A stretch of DNA of 64,000 nt. Origin: an uncultured virus (IMG/VR IMGVR_UViG_3300030329_003290) (lineage: Duplodnaviria; Heunggongvirae; Uroviricota; Caudoviricetes). Each line of letters begins with the position of its first letter. Position 1 is the first letter of the stretch. This document shows positions 28,843-40,090 of the stretch, piece by piece. The stretch lies in IMG/VR virus record IMGVR_UViG_3300030329_003290. One strand, given 5' to 3'. The notes beneath the pieces were generated by a model that saw only the letters and a program-made list of their open reading frames with translations, was not told the origin of the DNA and searched no databases. Position numbers and translations under genes: made by a program.

Positions 28843-31800
28843 TTATTTTTTTCCTCCGAAATCGAATTTGAAAGAACTCTTCTTTTTCTTAAACTTCTTT
28901 CCACCTTTCTTTTTCTTCTTTAATTTTTTTGATTTTGTAGCATCTGGATCTCCATCACTCTTTCCAGCAAATTTATTTATCAATGTTTGTTCAGTTCTCA
29001 ATAAATTTTTGAAATCTAAATCAAATGATATTGGTGCTGGTCTTCCATCTGCTCCTATTCCAAATTTACTTATTCCCTTTTTTCTTTTCTTTTTCTTACC
29101 TTTAAATTTGAACTTAGATTGTTTACCATCTCCAGTTTTCAATGTAGACTCCCCATCTTTATCAGTTACAAGTTTAGTTGGTGATGTAATTGTAATCTCT
29201 ACTGGACGACCACCATCAATAGTAGTTCGTGGTGTATTTTTTACGCCAGAATAAAAAGACCTAAATTTAGCTAAGTCATGATCTACTAAGTTGTCCAAAT
29301 CAACATTATAAAATGATGATGAGTTCGGTAAACCCAAAGAGTGACTAAGTACAGTTGTATAAAATTTCATTTGTTTTTGGTTTCTACCATAAATACGAGA
29401 CCCAGTTACCATTGGTTGTTGAAGTTCTTTGTACTTTATATCACCTTGTGTTACCGAAGCAGATACATAAAGACCAGGTTGTGTGAGTACTTGCCACAAA
29501 GACTTATCAAAGTTTCTATCTTTCTGTTCTGATATAGTTCCATCATATGTATCATATGAACCTGTAACAACTATATTTGAACCTGATTCGTGTGTATTAG
29601 ATATTCTAATTGTATCACTATAATGATCTGTAGTAGTAACAGCAACTCCCGCATTATATGATCCTGTTATTTCAATGTAATCTGTACTGACATCAATAGT
29701 TGTTCTATAATTATCCTGTGATACCTCAGGTTCTCTACCTACAATAACTTTTGGTCTTTCAAATATATTTGGTTCTACCAATAAGCCAATATCAGCTTTT
29801 GCTCTAGCAGGTACCAATTTTCTTAATTGTGGATATAATGATTGATCATAATATCTCAATAATCTAATATAATCCCAAAAATTATTCGGTTCGGTATACT
29901 TTTGCCAGTATGTATTAGATGTAGCCCTCAATCCTCTATAACTCAACTTTTCTCTGTCTCTAGGGTCTCCTAAATAATTTTCAAAATTCAAATCACCAAC
30001 GGATTGTATTATATCATTATTAATTACATCTGTAGGAGCAAAATAAATTCCCACTTTATTGGAATCATTAGCTGCTGTATCATATTGACTTACAGTTGCT
30101 CTTTTTGTTCTTTGTAATATTTCACCAGGTTTTATTGAGTTATCTTCAATCCTTATCTTTTTCGTAGTTCTTCTCAAAGCACCAATACTTGGAATATGAG
30201 ATTTTAACTCATCAACTACATTACTAAAAAAGTTTCCTGTAAATCCATTATGAGATCCAGATACTGTTGTCGTCTGATTTGAACTGACATCACGAATACC
30301 ATCTGTATCTGAACTTAAATCTTTATTGTCATTGAAAGAATATCTTAATACTAAATTATCATAAGATGAAGATAAATTATTTCCATTGTATGCTTGTGGA
30401 TTAGCGATATGATTTTTGAATGGTTTTACACCTAATGTTTCTGTCCATTGTCTATATTCCATCATTGAACCAGTAAGTCGAGAACCAACTAATGCATTAT
30501 TAGCACTACCACCAATAAAAATATCACCATCGTTTGCGTATGATAAATTATATGATGATGAAGCAGCTATATCAGTAGACATTGTTACAGCAGAAAATAA
30601 ATGTATCTTACTTCTACTAGCATCATACTTACCTACAGATAATTGGAATGATTGTGACACAACACCTGTATCTGAACCAGATGTTCTTCTCAACATAACA
30701 GAATAAAAATCTCCGTCATAAACTGGAAATGCGGAAGAGCTGATTTCTTTTAGACCATTTGAACCACTCAATTGAAAAGCAACAGTACCATAATCATCAG
30801 CTGATCCATTATCTTTTAGTCTGATATAAAAACTAGAAGATACATTAGGTGATTTTGCCTTTTTCTCAACCAATATCTGATTGGAACTACTTACTGCTCT
30901 AAATCTAAACTCAATAGTATCTGGCTTTCTCCCACTACCAGTATCATCTACCCAAGGCATCGTCACATACTGAGAACCTTTGAAATCTAAAGCCTTTGTA
31001 AATTTTCTTGTTATCTCAAACTGTGGTGCTTCATCATCTTTTATTTTAGGACCACCATATTCTTTGACTCTCAAAATTGTAGATGGAATACCATAAACAT
31101 TTATCAAACCTTTTAGAGCTTTTATTGTACCTTTATTCTTTAGAAAGAATGGCATATTGTTTATGATACGACTCCAAATTTCTCTTGTTAAATCTTTTTG
31201 TGATGTTGCTGAAAATGTAGACACCGAAGAACCTGTAACTTCATTTCCTGAATGGTATCTTGGTAAACTTACTAAATCAGAACTATCATTTAGCCTCCAA
31301 CCCAAAGATTGACCTACAGCATACAATACATCTTTCGACATTCCCTCTGATAAACTTTCTCTTCTATCATAAACATCACCTAAAGCCTTTACATAAACCC
31401 AAATATTATCAAAGTGGTGTCCTATCATATCCGTAAATGCTAGATAAGTATCATTTGAAGTATCATCTATTAGATGTTGTGGCAGTAAACTACTTAGTTT
31501 ATTTAAATTTTCATCATCAAATAACGAAGCAGATATAATGTTATTTTCATACCAAGTAGTGGCTACCGATGAAGTAGTATGTGCTAACACATAAGGATTT
31601 GTTACAGTCCCACCACCGCTTGTTTTAGGCCATGCATTACTATAGAATTGTCCCAAAGAACTTGATTCTGCTGAAGAGCTTTCGAAGTACATATATTTTT
31701 CAAAATGATCAAATTGATTTTTAACTTCATTGATTCTCAAATCCCAAACATTTTTGTCACCTGTAGAACCAGATACATTTGATAAAGAAGAACTTGAAGC

Positions 31801-34800
31801 AGTATAACTTTCTATCAACTCCAATTTATATTTAAAATTTTCTATTCTTTTTTCTACCGAACTAAAGTTTGCAACATTTTCCCAATTACGATAATTTATA
31901 TTTAATTCAGCACTAGCTTCACTAGCAGATATTATTTTATTTTTTAATTCTTTTGATACTATAGCATCCGATGTAACAATAGAATTTTCAGTTTTGAAAT
32001 CAGTAGTTCGTCTTTGTACAGGACTTTCCACATTACTCATATCAGGACTTTTTAGTACTCTGTCCCCCATTTCATTATCTACAAAATCAACTATTCTTAC
32101 TCTTTCTGTTATAGGCGTAACCATTTCCTTTACTACTGTAAGTTCATCGAATCTTTGTATATTTCCAGGTAATGGTTCGTATAATTTATAAACTATTGAG
32201 TGAGGCCATTTAGTAACAGCAGCTCTATCTTGTCTAAAATTAGTTGTTAGAAAGAATTGATTTCCAAATTTTAAGTATGTCCTTAGTTCTCTAGGATTGA
32301 AAATTGTATATGAAACATCAAATCCAGTATAAGAACCAGCAGCAGTTCCTTCTTGATAAAAAGCAGTTGCTGGATTATCATCATCTCCAACTTCTATAGC
32401 ACCATCTGCAAAAGTCTTATTTAGTGTTACTTGTGTACCATCATCACTAACAGATTGTATTTGTGCAACAAAGGGTTTTTTTATTTCTTGTTGTGTTGTT
32501 TCATTTACTAATTCAAATCTTACATCTACAGCATCTACCCAACTAACTCCAAATGTATTCGTATCAGTAAAATCATGACCTTCAAAAACGACCTGCCAAC
32601 CAGGTGCTTCCAATCTCCAATCATCTCTAACTGGAATTATTACTTCAGCACTCTCCCACTCATTTGCCACACTTGTTCTATATATTGGAGCATTAGTTCC
32701 ACCTGGTCTGACATATGTATATCTTGGTGGAACAGGTCCTGTGAATTTCCAATAATAAACTGAAGATTGATCATCTGGTTCTGACCAAACCCAAAATTCT
32801 TCTGGACTTAAAGTACCTACTTTATCAGGAGTATCTCCTACTATTTCTATTCCCGAACCATCGTCATAATCTGGAACTCTAGGTAATGGATTACCATCAG
32901 CATCCTGCATCCAATTTTCTGTTCCAGGATTTCTAGTACCAAATATAAAATCTTCACCACCAGTATCAAACTCACCAGCACCAAAAAAGTGTTCGGTAAT
33001 TGTATCCCACGGTTTATGTTCATCATCGCCAGGATATCTTTTTCTTAATCTTTTGCCAATAAGTTGAACATAACCACTATAATCTCCTGTCTTATGACTT
33101 GGGTCTTCTTCAATAACCACATCACAAGGCATTTCAAATTGTTTAAACCCATCATCATTAATTATTCTTGGATAATCACTTTCAATCCATTGGTTGTCAT
33201 CATCTAATTCATATAAATCACCATTACCATCATCAACTCTATAATATTCATTTCCTGTAAATGCGTAGTACCTTACTTCTTGAGTATCATTTTTTCTTCT
33301 ACCAGCCCATTTTACCATACCACCATTATCATTGATTTTTTCATTGAAAGGTGCATCTAAGTCAGCTATTTTGAAAACTCCTTCGATGGGTGGAAATGCA
33401 GTAGAATCTCCTGGATTATATGTATCTACTCTGAATGATTTATTACTGTCTGTATTCCCCATACCATCATTATAAAATACATGGTATGATCCAAACTGAA
33501 ATCTTCTTAGTCCAGTATCACGAAATCTAGCACAAGTTATATCTTGTATATAACCATATTGAAATATGTCTTCATATAAACTTATAGTTGTGATATTACC
33601 ATCACCATCTACTCTTTCAATTTCTGTAGCTCTTAGTTGTGGAAAAAGTTTATCCCAATCGTAACAATAATATGTCCCATGTGATATAGTTGCTTCATTA
33701 TATTTGACAAGCCATACTTGGTCTTGTTTACCCAATAAAATCCACTTTCGAAAATCTAAAGTATTATCGACACTACCAAATCCATTTCCTGCAAGCCAAT
33801 TTACCCATCCTGAAGAAGCTGCAGCACCATATTCAAAATTAGTATCACTTGGTGCATTTCTTGGAAAAAGTGGTCTTCTTGTTTGTATGTTCTGATTCTG
33901 TATAGCATAATTATGAGCATTTACAGCATTAGGAAAATCATTCGGATGAACAGTTGTATACTCTACACCATTTACTGTTTGAACTATAGGTGTAGGTGTA
34001 CTTGGTTCAGGATAAGTAACCCATTGTTGTCCATTCCACTGCCAGTTACCACCCTCACTCAATTCGCCAGCAGAATCTTGAAAATTAGAATTGCCTGTAT
34101 TTACAGCCCATTCAAATATTGGATTTGAACCACCACTAGAACTAACAGCAACCCACACACCAGTACCACCAAGTGCTGCAGTATTGTCCCCTACTCCAAA
34201 ATCAAAAACAGGTTCTTCAAGATTGAAAAAATTTATTATAGTAGACCACTTTTGTGGCGGCTGTGCTTCTATCAACTGTGCATTAGCAACTGTTGGCGGA
34301 TAATAATCATCAGGTGGATTTATCGGTGACTCTTCGTCACCAAATGCTCCTGTTATTGGATTAAAAAATCCATCAGGAGATTCAGTAGGTTGTGGTTCTT
34401 GATCTAAAAAATTAGCGTATTTTAAACTTACTTTTATTGGTTTATTTGGAACACTTGATTTTACTTGAAACGAAACAACAACATTGTCTTGATGACCAAC
34501 ACCCAATGAATTTAATGCATGAGGTATGTGTTGTGCTATCAATAATGATCTATGTGGATTCTCCAATGGCCATTGAGTATACTCTTCAGCAAATGACTGA
34601 TTTATATCAGGAAATTTCATACAATTTCCACCATCTATACCCTCACCTTGTACAATATGCGCCCAATAACCTAAGTGTGTAGAGTTTTTCCAAGTATCGT
34701 TATTTTCAAACCAATGTAAATATCCAGTACTCCAACCTGTTGCCCTTACTGCATTTGCGTGTAAATTTTCATCCCACGGAAATTTATCTCCTAGTTTTAT

Positions 34801-35700
34801 AACTTCGCTGTATGTATCTTTTTCTAAATCCGCTAATTCAGAATTTACAATAATATTAGCTTCTGTTCTTGGTATGGTAGTAATAGTATCAACCAAATAA
34901 ACATTATTGACATAAACAGTTCCACCAACCATTCGTGGTGTAAATAAAAAGTTAAATATTTGCTGTGTACCACTTGGTGGAGGACCTGATGATCCAGCAC
35001 TATATCCTGGAGGAGGACCAGAACTTTCTTGTATTTCAGGAATAATTGTCATAACATTTGTATCTGTCTCAAAATTATCTATATCATTTAGAGTCCCAAA
35101 AGTTATTCCTATATTCGGATGCGCTGTTCTCCTTACACTTTCGCCAAGTCTAGCAAAGTTTTCAAGATACTTATTACCAGTTATACTTTTTGTTTTTAGT
35201 CTAACCTCACTTCTACTGGGCGAAATAGCATCTACTTGTAATGTCAAATTATCAAGTTGTAATGCCTGTCCTCTCTCACCATTAGGACCAGAAGCATAAA
35301 TTTCACCATTATCTAATATTTCAATGGCATTTGTATCTTCCCATATAGTAAAATATCCTTGGTCATTTTGTTGAGTTGTTGTTAGTAAGGTAGTTTCATC
35401 ACCAGCTAACTGTCTGTAAAATTGGTAATTGACTTGATAAGCACCAGTTTGAATATCTTCAGCAACCAATTCCTTTACTGGTTTTAATAATAACTTACCC
35501 TCATCATCAATCTCAATTTCAGAAAAAGGTATCTTTTTGAAATTTAGTGTACCACCAGTAAGACTTTTCAGTTCAAAGTATATATAATCTCTTTCTGGTC
35601 TAGTACCAAATAAACCATTTTCGTATGGCTTATTACCAATATTAATCTTAGTGCCAGATGTTAGTAAATTTTTATCTGTTGTGTTTAGTTTACTTGCCAT
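28843..35700 (-). CDS. Large baseplate wedge-like protein with LamG-like region
   Basis: 2285 aa; FFLKNKGT..LINVYGIP..LRVKEYG wedge-type motif; TIEFRF...GSMMEYRQW LamG-like; follows gp6-like gene. Confidence 0.7.
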   Translation of the reverse strand: MASKLNTTDKNLLTSGTKINIGNKPYENGLFGTRPERDYIYFELKSLTGGTLNFKKIPFSEIEIDDEGKLLLKPVKELVAEDIQTGAYQVNYQFYRQLAGDETTLLTTTQQNDQGYFTIWEDTNAIEILDNGEIYASGPNGERGQALQLDNLTLQVDAISPSRSEVRLKTKSITGNKYLENFARLGESVRRTAHPNIGITFGTLNDIDNFETDTNVMTIIPEIQESSGPPPGYSAGSSGPPPSGTQQIFNFLFTPRMVGGTVYVNNVYLVDTITTIPRTEANIIVNSELADLEKDTYSEVIKLGDKFPWDENLHANAVRATGWSTGYLHWFENNDTWKNSTHLGYWAHIVQGEGIDGGNCMKFPDINQSFAEEYTQWPLENPHRSLLIAQHIPHALNSLGVGHQDNVVVSFQVKSSVPNKPIKVSLKYANFLDQEPQPTESPDGFFNPITGAFGDEESPINPPDDYYPPTVANAQLIEAQPPQKWSTIINFFNLEEPVFDFGVGDNTAALGGTGVWVAVSSSGGSNPIFEWAVNTGNSNFQDSAGELSEGGNWQWNGQQWVTYPEPSTPTPIVQTVNGVEYTTVHPNDFPNAVNAHNYAIQNQNIQTRRPLFPRNAPSDTNFEYGAAASSGWVNWLAGNGFGSVDNTLDFRKWILLGKQDQVWLVKYNEATISHGTYYCYDWDKLFPQLRATEIERVDGDGNITTISLYEDIFQYGYIQDITCARFRDTGLRRFQFGSYHVFYNDGMGNTDSNKSFRVDTYNPGDSTAFPPIEGVFKIADLDAPFNEKINDNGGMVKWAGRRKNDTQEVRYYAFTGNEYYRVDDGNGDLYELDDDNQWIESDYPRIINDDGFKQFEMPCDVVIEEDPSHKTGDYSGYVQLIGKRLRKRYPGDDEHKPWDTITEHFFGAGEFDTGGEDFIFGTRNPGTENWMQDADGNPLPRVPDYDDGSGIEIVGDTPDKVGTLSPEEFWVWSEPDDQSSVYYWKFTGPVPPRYTYVRPGGTNAPIYRTSVANEWESAEVIIPVRDDWRLEAPGWQVVFEGHDFTDTNTFGVSWVDAVDVRFELVNETTQQEIKKPFVAQIQSVSDDGTQVTLNKTFADGAIEVGDDDNPATAFYQEGTAAGSYTGFDVSYTIFNPRELRTYLKFGNQFFLTTNFRQDRAAVTKWPHSIVYKLYEPLPGNIQRFDELTVVKEMVTPITERVRIVDFVDNEMGDRVLKSPDMSNVESPVQRRTTDFKTENSIVTSDAIVSKELKNKIISASEASAELNINYRNWENVANFSSVEKRIENFKYKLELIESYTASSSSLSNVSGSTGDKNVWDLRINEVKNQFDHFEKYMYFESSSAESSSLGQFYSNAWPKTSGGGTVTNPYVLAHTTSSVATTWYENNIISASLFDDENLNKLSSLLPQHLIDDTSNDTYLAFTDMIGHHFDNIWVYVKALGDVYDRRESLSEGMSKDVLYAVGQSLGWRLNDSSDLVSLPRYHSGNEVTGSSVSTFSATSQKDLTREIWSRIINNMPFFLKNKGTIKALKGLINVYGIPSTILRVKEYGGPKIKDDEAPQFEITRKFTKALDFKGSQYVTMPWVDDTGSGRKPDTIEFRFRAVSSSNQILVEKKAKSPNVSSSFYIRLKDNGSADDYGTVAFQLSGSNGLKEISSSAFPVYDGDFYSVMLRRTSGSDTGVVSQSFQLSVGKYDASRSKIHLFSAVTMSTDIAASSSYNLSYANDGDIFIGGSANNALVGSRLTGSMMEYRQWTETLGVKPFKNHIANPQAYNGNNLSSSYDNLVLRYSFNDNKDLSSDTDGIRDVSSNQTTTVSGSHNGFTGNFFSNVVDELKSHIPSIGALRRTTKKIRIEDNSIKPGEILQRTKRATVSQYDTAANDSNKVGIYFAPTDVINNDIIQSVGDLNFENYLGDPRDREKLSYRGLRATSNTYWQKYTEPNNFWDYIRLLRYYDQSLYPQLRKLVPARAKADIGLLVEPNIFERPKVIVGREPEVSQDNYRTTIDVSTDYIEITGSYNAGVAVTTTDHYSDTIRISNTHESGSNIVVTGSYDTYDGTISEQKDRNFDKSLWQVLTQPGLYVSASVTQGDIKYKELQQPMVTGSRIYGRNQKQMKFYTTVLSHSLGLPNSSSFYNVDLDNLVDHDLAKFRSFYSGVKNTPRTTIDGGRPVEITITSPTKLVTDKDGESTLKTGDGKQSKFKFKGKKKKRKKGISKFGIGADGRPAPISFDLDFKNLLRTEQTLINKFAGKSDGDPDATKSKKLKKKKKGGKKFKKKKSSFKFDFGGKK

Positions 35701-36020
35701 TATAATTCTGTTATTGTTCTATCTAATACCTCATCCAATATGTCTTCATTTATTCTATACTGAACAACTTCTAAAGTGTGTGGTATAATAGTGGTTTCAT
35801 CATCGTATAATTCCCCATCATAAGGGCTCTCAAATAAAAGCATTGTTCCCGACTCGTCTCTTGATATCATACTACCATCTGCTGGTATGCCTCCTGAACC
35901 AGGATGGATAGCAGCAGCAGTTTTATATAACTCTCTTTGCTGTAGATATTTCTGTTCTTCTTCATCCTTGAGATTTTGATAATATTCGTTACTCTCAAGT
36001 TCTTCTATTGTATATGGCAT
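35700..36020 (-). CDS. Acidic hypothetical protein in baseplate operon
   Basis: 106 aa, TAATG-coupled to the next gene. Confidence 0.6.
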   Translation of the reverse strand: MPYTIEELESNEYYQNLKDEEEQKYLQQRELYKTAAAIHPGSGGIPADGSMISRDESGTMLLFESPYDGELYDDETTIIPHTLEVVQYRINEDILDEVLDRTITEL

Positions 36021-36024
36021 TTTT

Positions 36025-37149
36025 TTACCTCACAACTTTGAAAACAAAGTCATTATTATAATAATTTACTTGTTCTTCTACTGTACCACTTCCACTCACT
36101 ACCTTAATGTCAATTCTATAATATCTTTCTGATTGTAATCCATTCATCCATATATTGAAATAGTTTCCATCACTATCACAACTTATTAGTGAACCTGTAC
36201 CATATGGTACTATTACATCTTCTGTATCATTATCAACAATAGAATAGTAAGCACCATCTTTTACTAATTTACTACCACTTGGAAAATATTTTGCTGTTAA
36301 ATATTCCGAAGCAGTATTTGAATAAGATTTTGTTGGATACCTACTTCTACCGACTAATCTAAATTTAGTTTTAGATTTTTCTTTATATTCGGGCCTTAAA
36401 TTTTTCATATAAATTTGTAAATCTTCTATATCTGCTTTAGATAATGCTGATAACGAACCTGTACTCCACGCAGTATCATACCACTCAACTTCCAACTTTG
36501 GTGGGTATATAGTATTAGTTTGTCTTGAAAAGAACGATAGATTACCTAATCTAGTATCATTTCCTTCAGGGGCATTGCTGTCTGAGTTTCCTATACTACC
36601 ACTTCTTTTCAAAATAAATCCACTATTTGGGTGTGTACCATTGAACCAAGCAGTAACTATCGGTGTCACATCCATTCTCACATCTCTTGTCTCATACTCC
36701 AATGATTGTGAACCATAAACATCCGTATGCCAAGTACCACCAGATCCTGTAATCGAACCAGTCCAATATGTTTTTGTGTCAGCATTATCTCTATAATACC
36801 AACTAGCACCATCTGTTGTTATTGGGTCGTCAGCTTTGAAACCCTCTCCCTCATGAACCCAACTACCACTTATAGGGTAAGCATATAAAGATTGACTAGT
36901 ACTAAGTTCTGCTGGATTAGCATCATATAAATTCAAATAATATTTTGCATCACTGGCAATTAATCCACTGGAAACAGATTGGGATATATAAGTCAAATCA
37001 AATTTCAATAATGCTCTTGAAACCTTTGGATTAGATCCAGCATCATTTAAATCTTTTCTTACTTCTAAGATTTCATCTAATCCTGTATTCTGACTACCAC
37101 TTTGCTCATATAAAGTTGTATCTATATCTGGAAAAATAAAATAATGCAT
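36025..37149 (-). CDS. Virion structural protein
   Basis: 374 aa; DTTLY..NTGLDEILE..SRALLKFD..PKLEVEW; GGAGG RBS; within baseplate operon. Confidence 0.65.
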   Translation of the reverse strand: MHYFIFPDIDTTLYEQSGSQNTGLDEILEVRKDLNDAGSNPKVSRALLKFDLTYISQSVSSGLIASDAKYYLNLYDANPAELSTSQSLYAYPISGSWVHEGEGFKADDPITTDGASWYYRDNADTKTYWTGSITGSGGTWHTDVYGSQSLEYETRDVRMDVTPIVTAWFNGTHPNSGFILKRSGSIGNSDSNAPEGNDTRLGNLSFFSRQTNTIYPPKLEVEWYDTAWSTGSLSALSKADIEDLQIYMKNLRPEYKEKSKTKFRLVGRSRYPTKSYSNTASEYLTAKYFPSGSKLVKDGAYYSIVDNDTEDVIVPYGTGSLISCDSDGNYFNIWMNGLQSERYYRIDIKVVSGSGTVEEQVNYYNNDFVFKVVR

Positions 37150-39104
37150 TAGTTACCTCCTGATGAAGAACCAACAACTCTGCCCTCAATATCTGTTGCT
37201 GGAAATTTTAATTCAAAACAACTTGGGTCTAATGATGGATACACAACACCATCTTTAGTTGCTGAAATCATATCATACATATTTCCAGAATACCCTTGTG
37301 ATGCTAAAAATTTATTAGTTATTAATACAGGTAAACCATTAGGATTATTTTCTTCAGGCGGCGATACAGCAGAGACTCCATCAACTAATGATATTTGATA
37401 AGCTAAATCTGATAACACAATTGGTTGTCCTATTTGCCAATTATCAACATTAAAAAACTCTCTAACTCTTTGTATTGCTCTTAGAGTAACTTCTTCTCCA
37501 TTATATCCAGTTTTAGCTATAATATTGAATTTGACTCCAATGTTTATTATAAAAGCATCCTTTATATTTACAGCATCAGTAACCATTCTGAATTGTGTTA
37601 GATAAGTTTGTATGTTTTCTTTTACTGCTTCATTTATTTGAGTAAGACTTTTAGAAGCATCGTATCCGAGAACATATAAATTCAATGCCAGTGGATTCAT
37701 AATTCTACTATCTGAATTAGCACCTGTATCGGTGGTGTCTAATTGAGAGTCTTGTACAATATAAGCTTTTGCAATATTACCATATTTTGGTGGTAATGCA
37801 TAAACTCTTGTTATATAATCTTCCTTTGTTACAGCTCTTGATTGTGCCTGAAAATATGCTAAAGCATTATTTTTGACTTCAACTACACTTTCTTCTGACT
37901 TACCGCCTGTTGCTGGTATAGGATTACTTACAGCAACTGAATTTCTAGTAGTTTGTACTAATGCTGTATTTAAACCAGAGGTATCTAATGATATGTCTAC
38001 TTTTTGTACATTTCTCAGAGTTCCAGCACCAACATTATGACTTATACCACCACCGTGTCTGTAAGTAATAACCAATTGAGTATTTGATGGTGCTTGACCA
38101 TAAGCCTTTGTTTGTAAAAAGTTAGATGGATCAAAAGCCTTTCCTAAGTGTGATGGTGAACCTGGAAGAGAAGAACCAACAGAATCAGGATTAGGAACTA
38201 TTTCCTCATCAGGAGAATCTGAGATTCCAGCACCAAATCTTAATTCAGTTTTATCATCCTCTCTCACATAAGATATAAATCTTCTTGAAGTTTTCAATAG
38301 TTTCAATAAGTATGGTGCTTGGTCTGCTTGACTAGCTAAATCAGGATCTGTATTTGAATTAAGTTGAACATCTGTAAATACAGTATCTTGTGCTAAAAAG
38401 GGAACTTCGTACCAACTATTCCCATCACTATCCGTACAAGAAATAATTTCAGTTACTCTAGGATTAGCAAGTGCTATCCTTTTATATTTTTCAGCTGCAT
38501 TTACTGTAATATATTCAGTAGTTACTGTACCACTTACTGCTCTAACAGATTTTTTCAAAAGATATGTTACTGGAACATTACCACTACTTTCAAAAATACT
38601 AACATCCATCGGATCATTAGATGATGAAAATTTAAAATTACAATCTTCCGTTGTACTAAAACTTACACCTGATGTTGACTCAACTATCATTCCTGATTGT
38701 AAAGTCAAAGCATATGTTAAGTCTGGTTGAGTTGTGTAACTATCTCCACTACCAGCAGTCTTTGCTGGCACTGTTTGAAATATATCAAGGTTAGTGGAAG
38801 CTGGTGCAGCTAGTTTAGGTTTATAACCTAATGCTTGAGCCATATTATATACAGTTCTTTTTTCTTCTGCAAATGCCAATAAACTTTCTTTGAATTGGTT
38901 ATCTATATAATAAGAAAGTACATCACCAACATATGAAGCCATCTCAATAAATATCATACCTGGAGAAGCTTCATTGAAATCATTGAAATTATTTGGAAAA
39001 TATACTTTAGCAAATTCTATTAAATTTGCTTTGAATGAAGTAAAATCCTTGTTTAGATACTTCACCTCTTTTACTGAATTATTTTTTGGTGCTGAATAAG
39101 GCAT
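37149..39104 (-). CDS. Baseplate wedge subunit (T4 gp6 / baseplate J-like)
   Basis: KDFTSFKANL, YVGDVLSYYID, LRFGAG, AQSRAVTKEDY. Confidence 0.88.
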   Translation of the reverse strand: MPYSAPKNNSVKEVKYLNKDFTSFKANLIEFAKVYFPNNFNDFNEASPGMIFIEMASYVGDVLSYYIDNQFKESLLAFAEEKRTVYNMAQALGYKPKLAAPASTNLDIFQTVPAKTAGSGDSYTTQPDLTYALTLQSGMIVESTSGVSFSTTEDCNFKFSSSNDPMDVSIFESSGNVPVTYLLKKSVRAVSGTVTTEYITVNAAEKYKRIALANPRVTEIISCTDSDGNSWYEVPFLAQDTVFTDVQLNSNTDPDLASQADQAPYLLKLLKTSRRFISYVREDDKTELRFGAGISDSPDEEIVPNPDSVGSSLPGSPSHLGKAFDPSNFLQTKAYGQAPSNTQLVITYRHGGGISHNVGAGTLRNVQKVDISLDTSGLNTALVQTTRNSVAVSNPIPATGGKSEESVVEVKNNALAYFQAQSRAVTKEDYITRVYALPPKYGNIAKAYIVQDSQLDTTDTGANSDSRIMNPLALNLYVLGYDASKSLTQINEAVKENIQTYLTQFRMVTDAVNIKDAFIINIGVKFNIIAKTGYNGEEVTLRAIQRVREFFNVDNWQIGQPIVLSDLAYQISLVDGVSAVSPPEENNPNGLPVLITNKFLASQGYSGNMYDMISATKDGVVYPSLDPSCFELKFPATDIEGRVVGSSSGGN

Positions 39105-39118
39105 TTACTTTCTCCTGT

Positions 39119-39568
39119 TTATCCGCCCATTTCTCTACTGAATGGCATTCCAGCATTACCATCTGAATCTTCAAGTGATGGTAAGTCTAAGGTTATATCT
39201 TCTATACTAGTAGTATCTGTATTAATACTAAAAGAAATTTTTGGTACTATTGTATTTTGATTACTACTAAACTCTATATTATTGACATTTACATGAGGTA
39301 GAAATTCTTGTATAGCAGTTCTTATTGCTTCTTCAATTTGACTTTCTATATCACCATCTATCTGTTCAAACACAGCCTTCAAAACATCTGAACCAAATAA
39401 TGGATTTCCCAGTCTCTCTCCTTTTCGCGTCAATAATAAATTTTTTATATTAGACTTCGTTTGTTCTAATAAAGTTTGAGTTTGTTTAAAAACTCCATTT
39501 TGATGTGTGCCAAGAGGAAGCTGTAAACCAATTTGTACATCTTCATTAAAATCTAATTCATTTGGCAT
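39119..39568 (-). CDS. Baseplate wedge subunit (gp25/GPW-like)
   Basis: NIKNLLLTRKGERLGNPLFGS. Confidence 0.9.
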   Translation of the reverse strand: MPNELDFNEDVQIGLQLPLGTHQNGVFKQTQTLLEQTKSNIKNLLLTRKGERLGNPLFGSDVLKAVFEQIDGDIESQIEEAIRTAIQEFLPHVNVNNIEFSSNQNTIVPKISFSINTDTTSIEDITLDLPSLEDSDGNAGMPFSREMGG

Positions 39569-39578
39569 TTACACTCTC

Positions 39579-40046
39579 CTATTTTCCCGCGTCTTTTTTA
39601 TCTAAAGCTTTCATTACACCACTGTAATCTTTAGTCAACGCTTTCATCACATCTTCAGGTACTTTATCTGGATCTACACCAGCAGCTTGAGCAGTTGTTA
39701 TCCCAATCGATTGTCTTTTAGCTTCGGGATTACCAAATGCTCCACCATACCCTAACATTTCTGTCATTTTAGAAGTATCGTATGTTCCACCACCCATAGT
39801 TGGATACTCTTCGAATTCATTTTGTTGTGCTGTTTCATTGAGTACTTTATTCAACATTGGGTTTTTTGTATAACTAACTTCTTTATGTTTGGGTTTGGGA
39901 AGTACTTCGGGCACATCATTTATTCCATTGGGTTTAGATGACATAGCCTTCATACCCTCACTAATAAATATCTTCTGTACTTCTTTTTGTACCTCTCGTT
40001 TGATTATTTCTTTTATAATCCCAACTAATTTATTTTTCTTTGACAT
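39579..40046 (-). CDS. Hypothetical virion-associated protein
   Basis: 155 aa, AGGAG RBS, preceded by the TATTTATA motif. Confidence 0.6.
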   Translation of the reverse strand: MSKKNKLVGIIKEIIKREVQKEVQKIFISEGMKAMSSKPNGINDVPEVLPKPKHKEVSYTKNPMLNKVLNETAQQNEFEEYPTMGGGTYDTSKMTEMLGYGGAFGNPEAKRQSIGITTAQAAGVDPDKVPEDVMKALTKDYSGVMKALDKKDAGK

Positions 40047-40090
40047 ATAAAACTCCTATATTATATAAATATGTTTTTATTAGAAAATCT

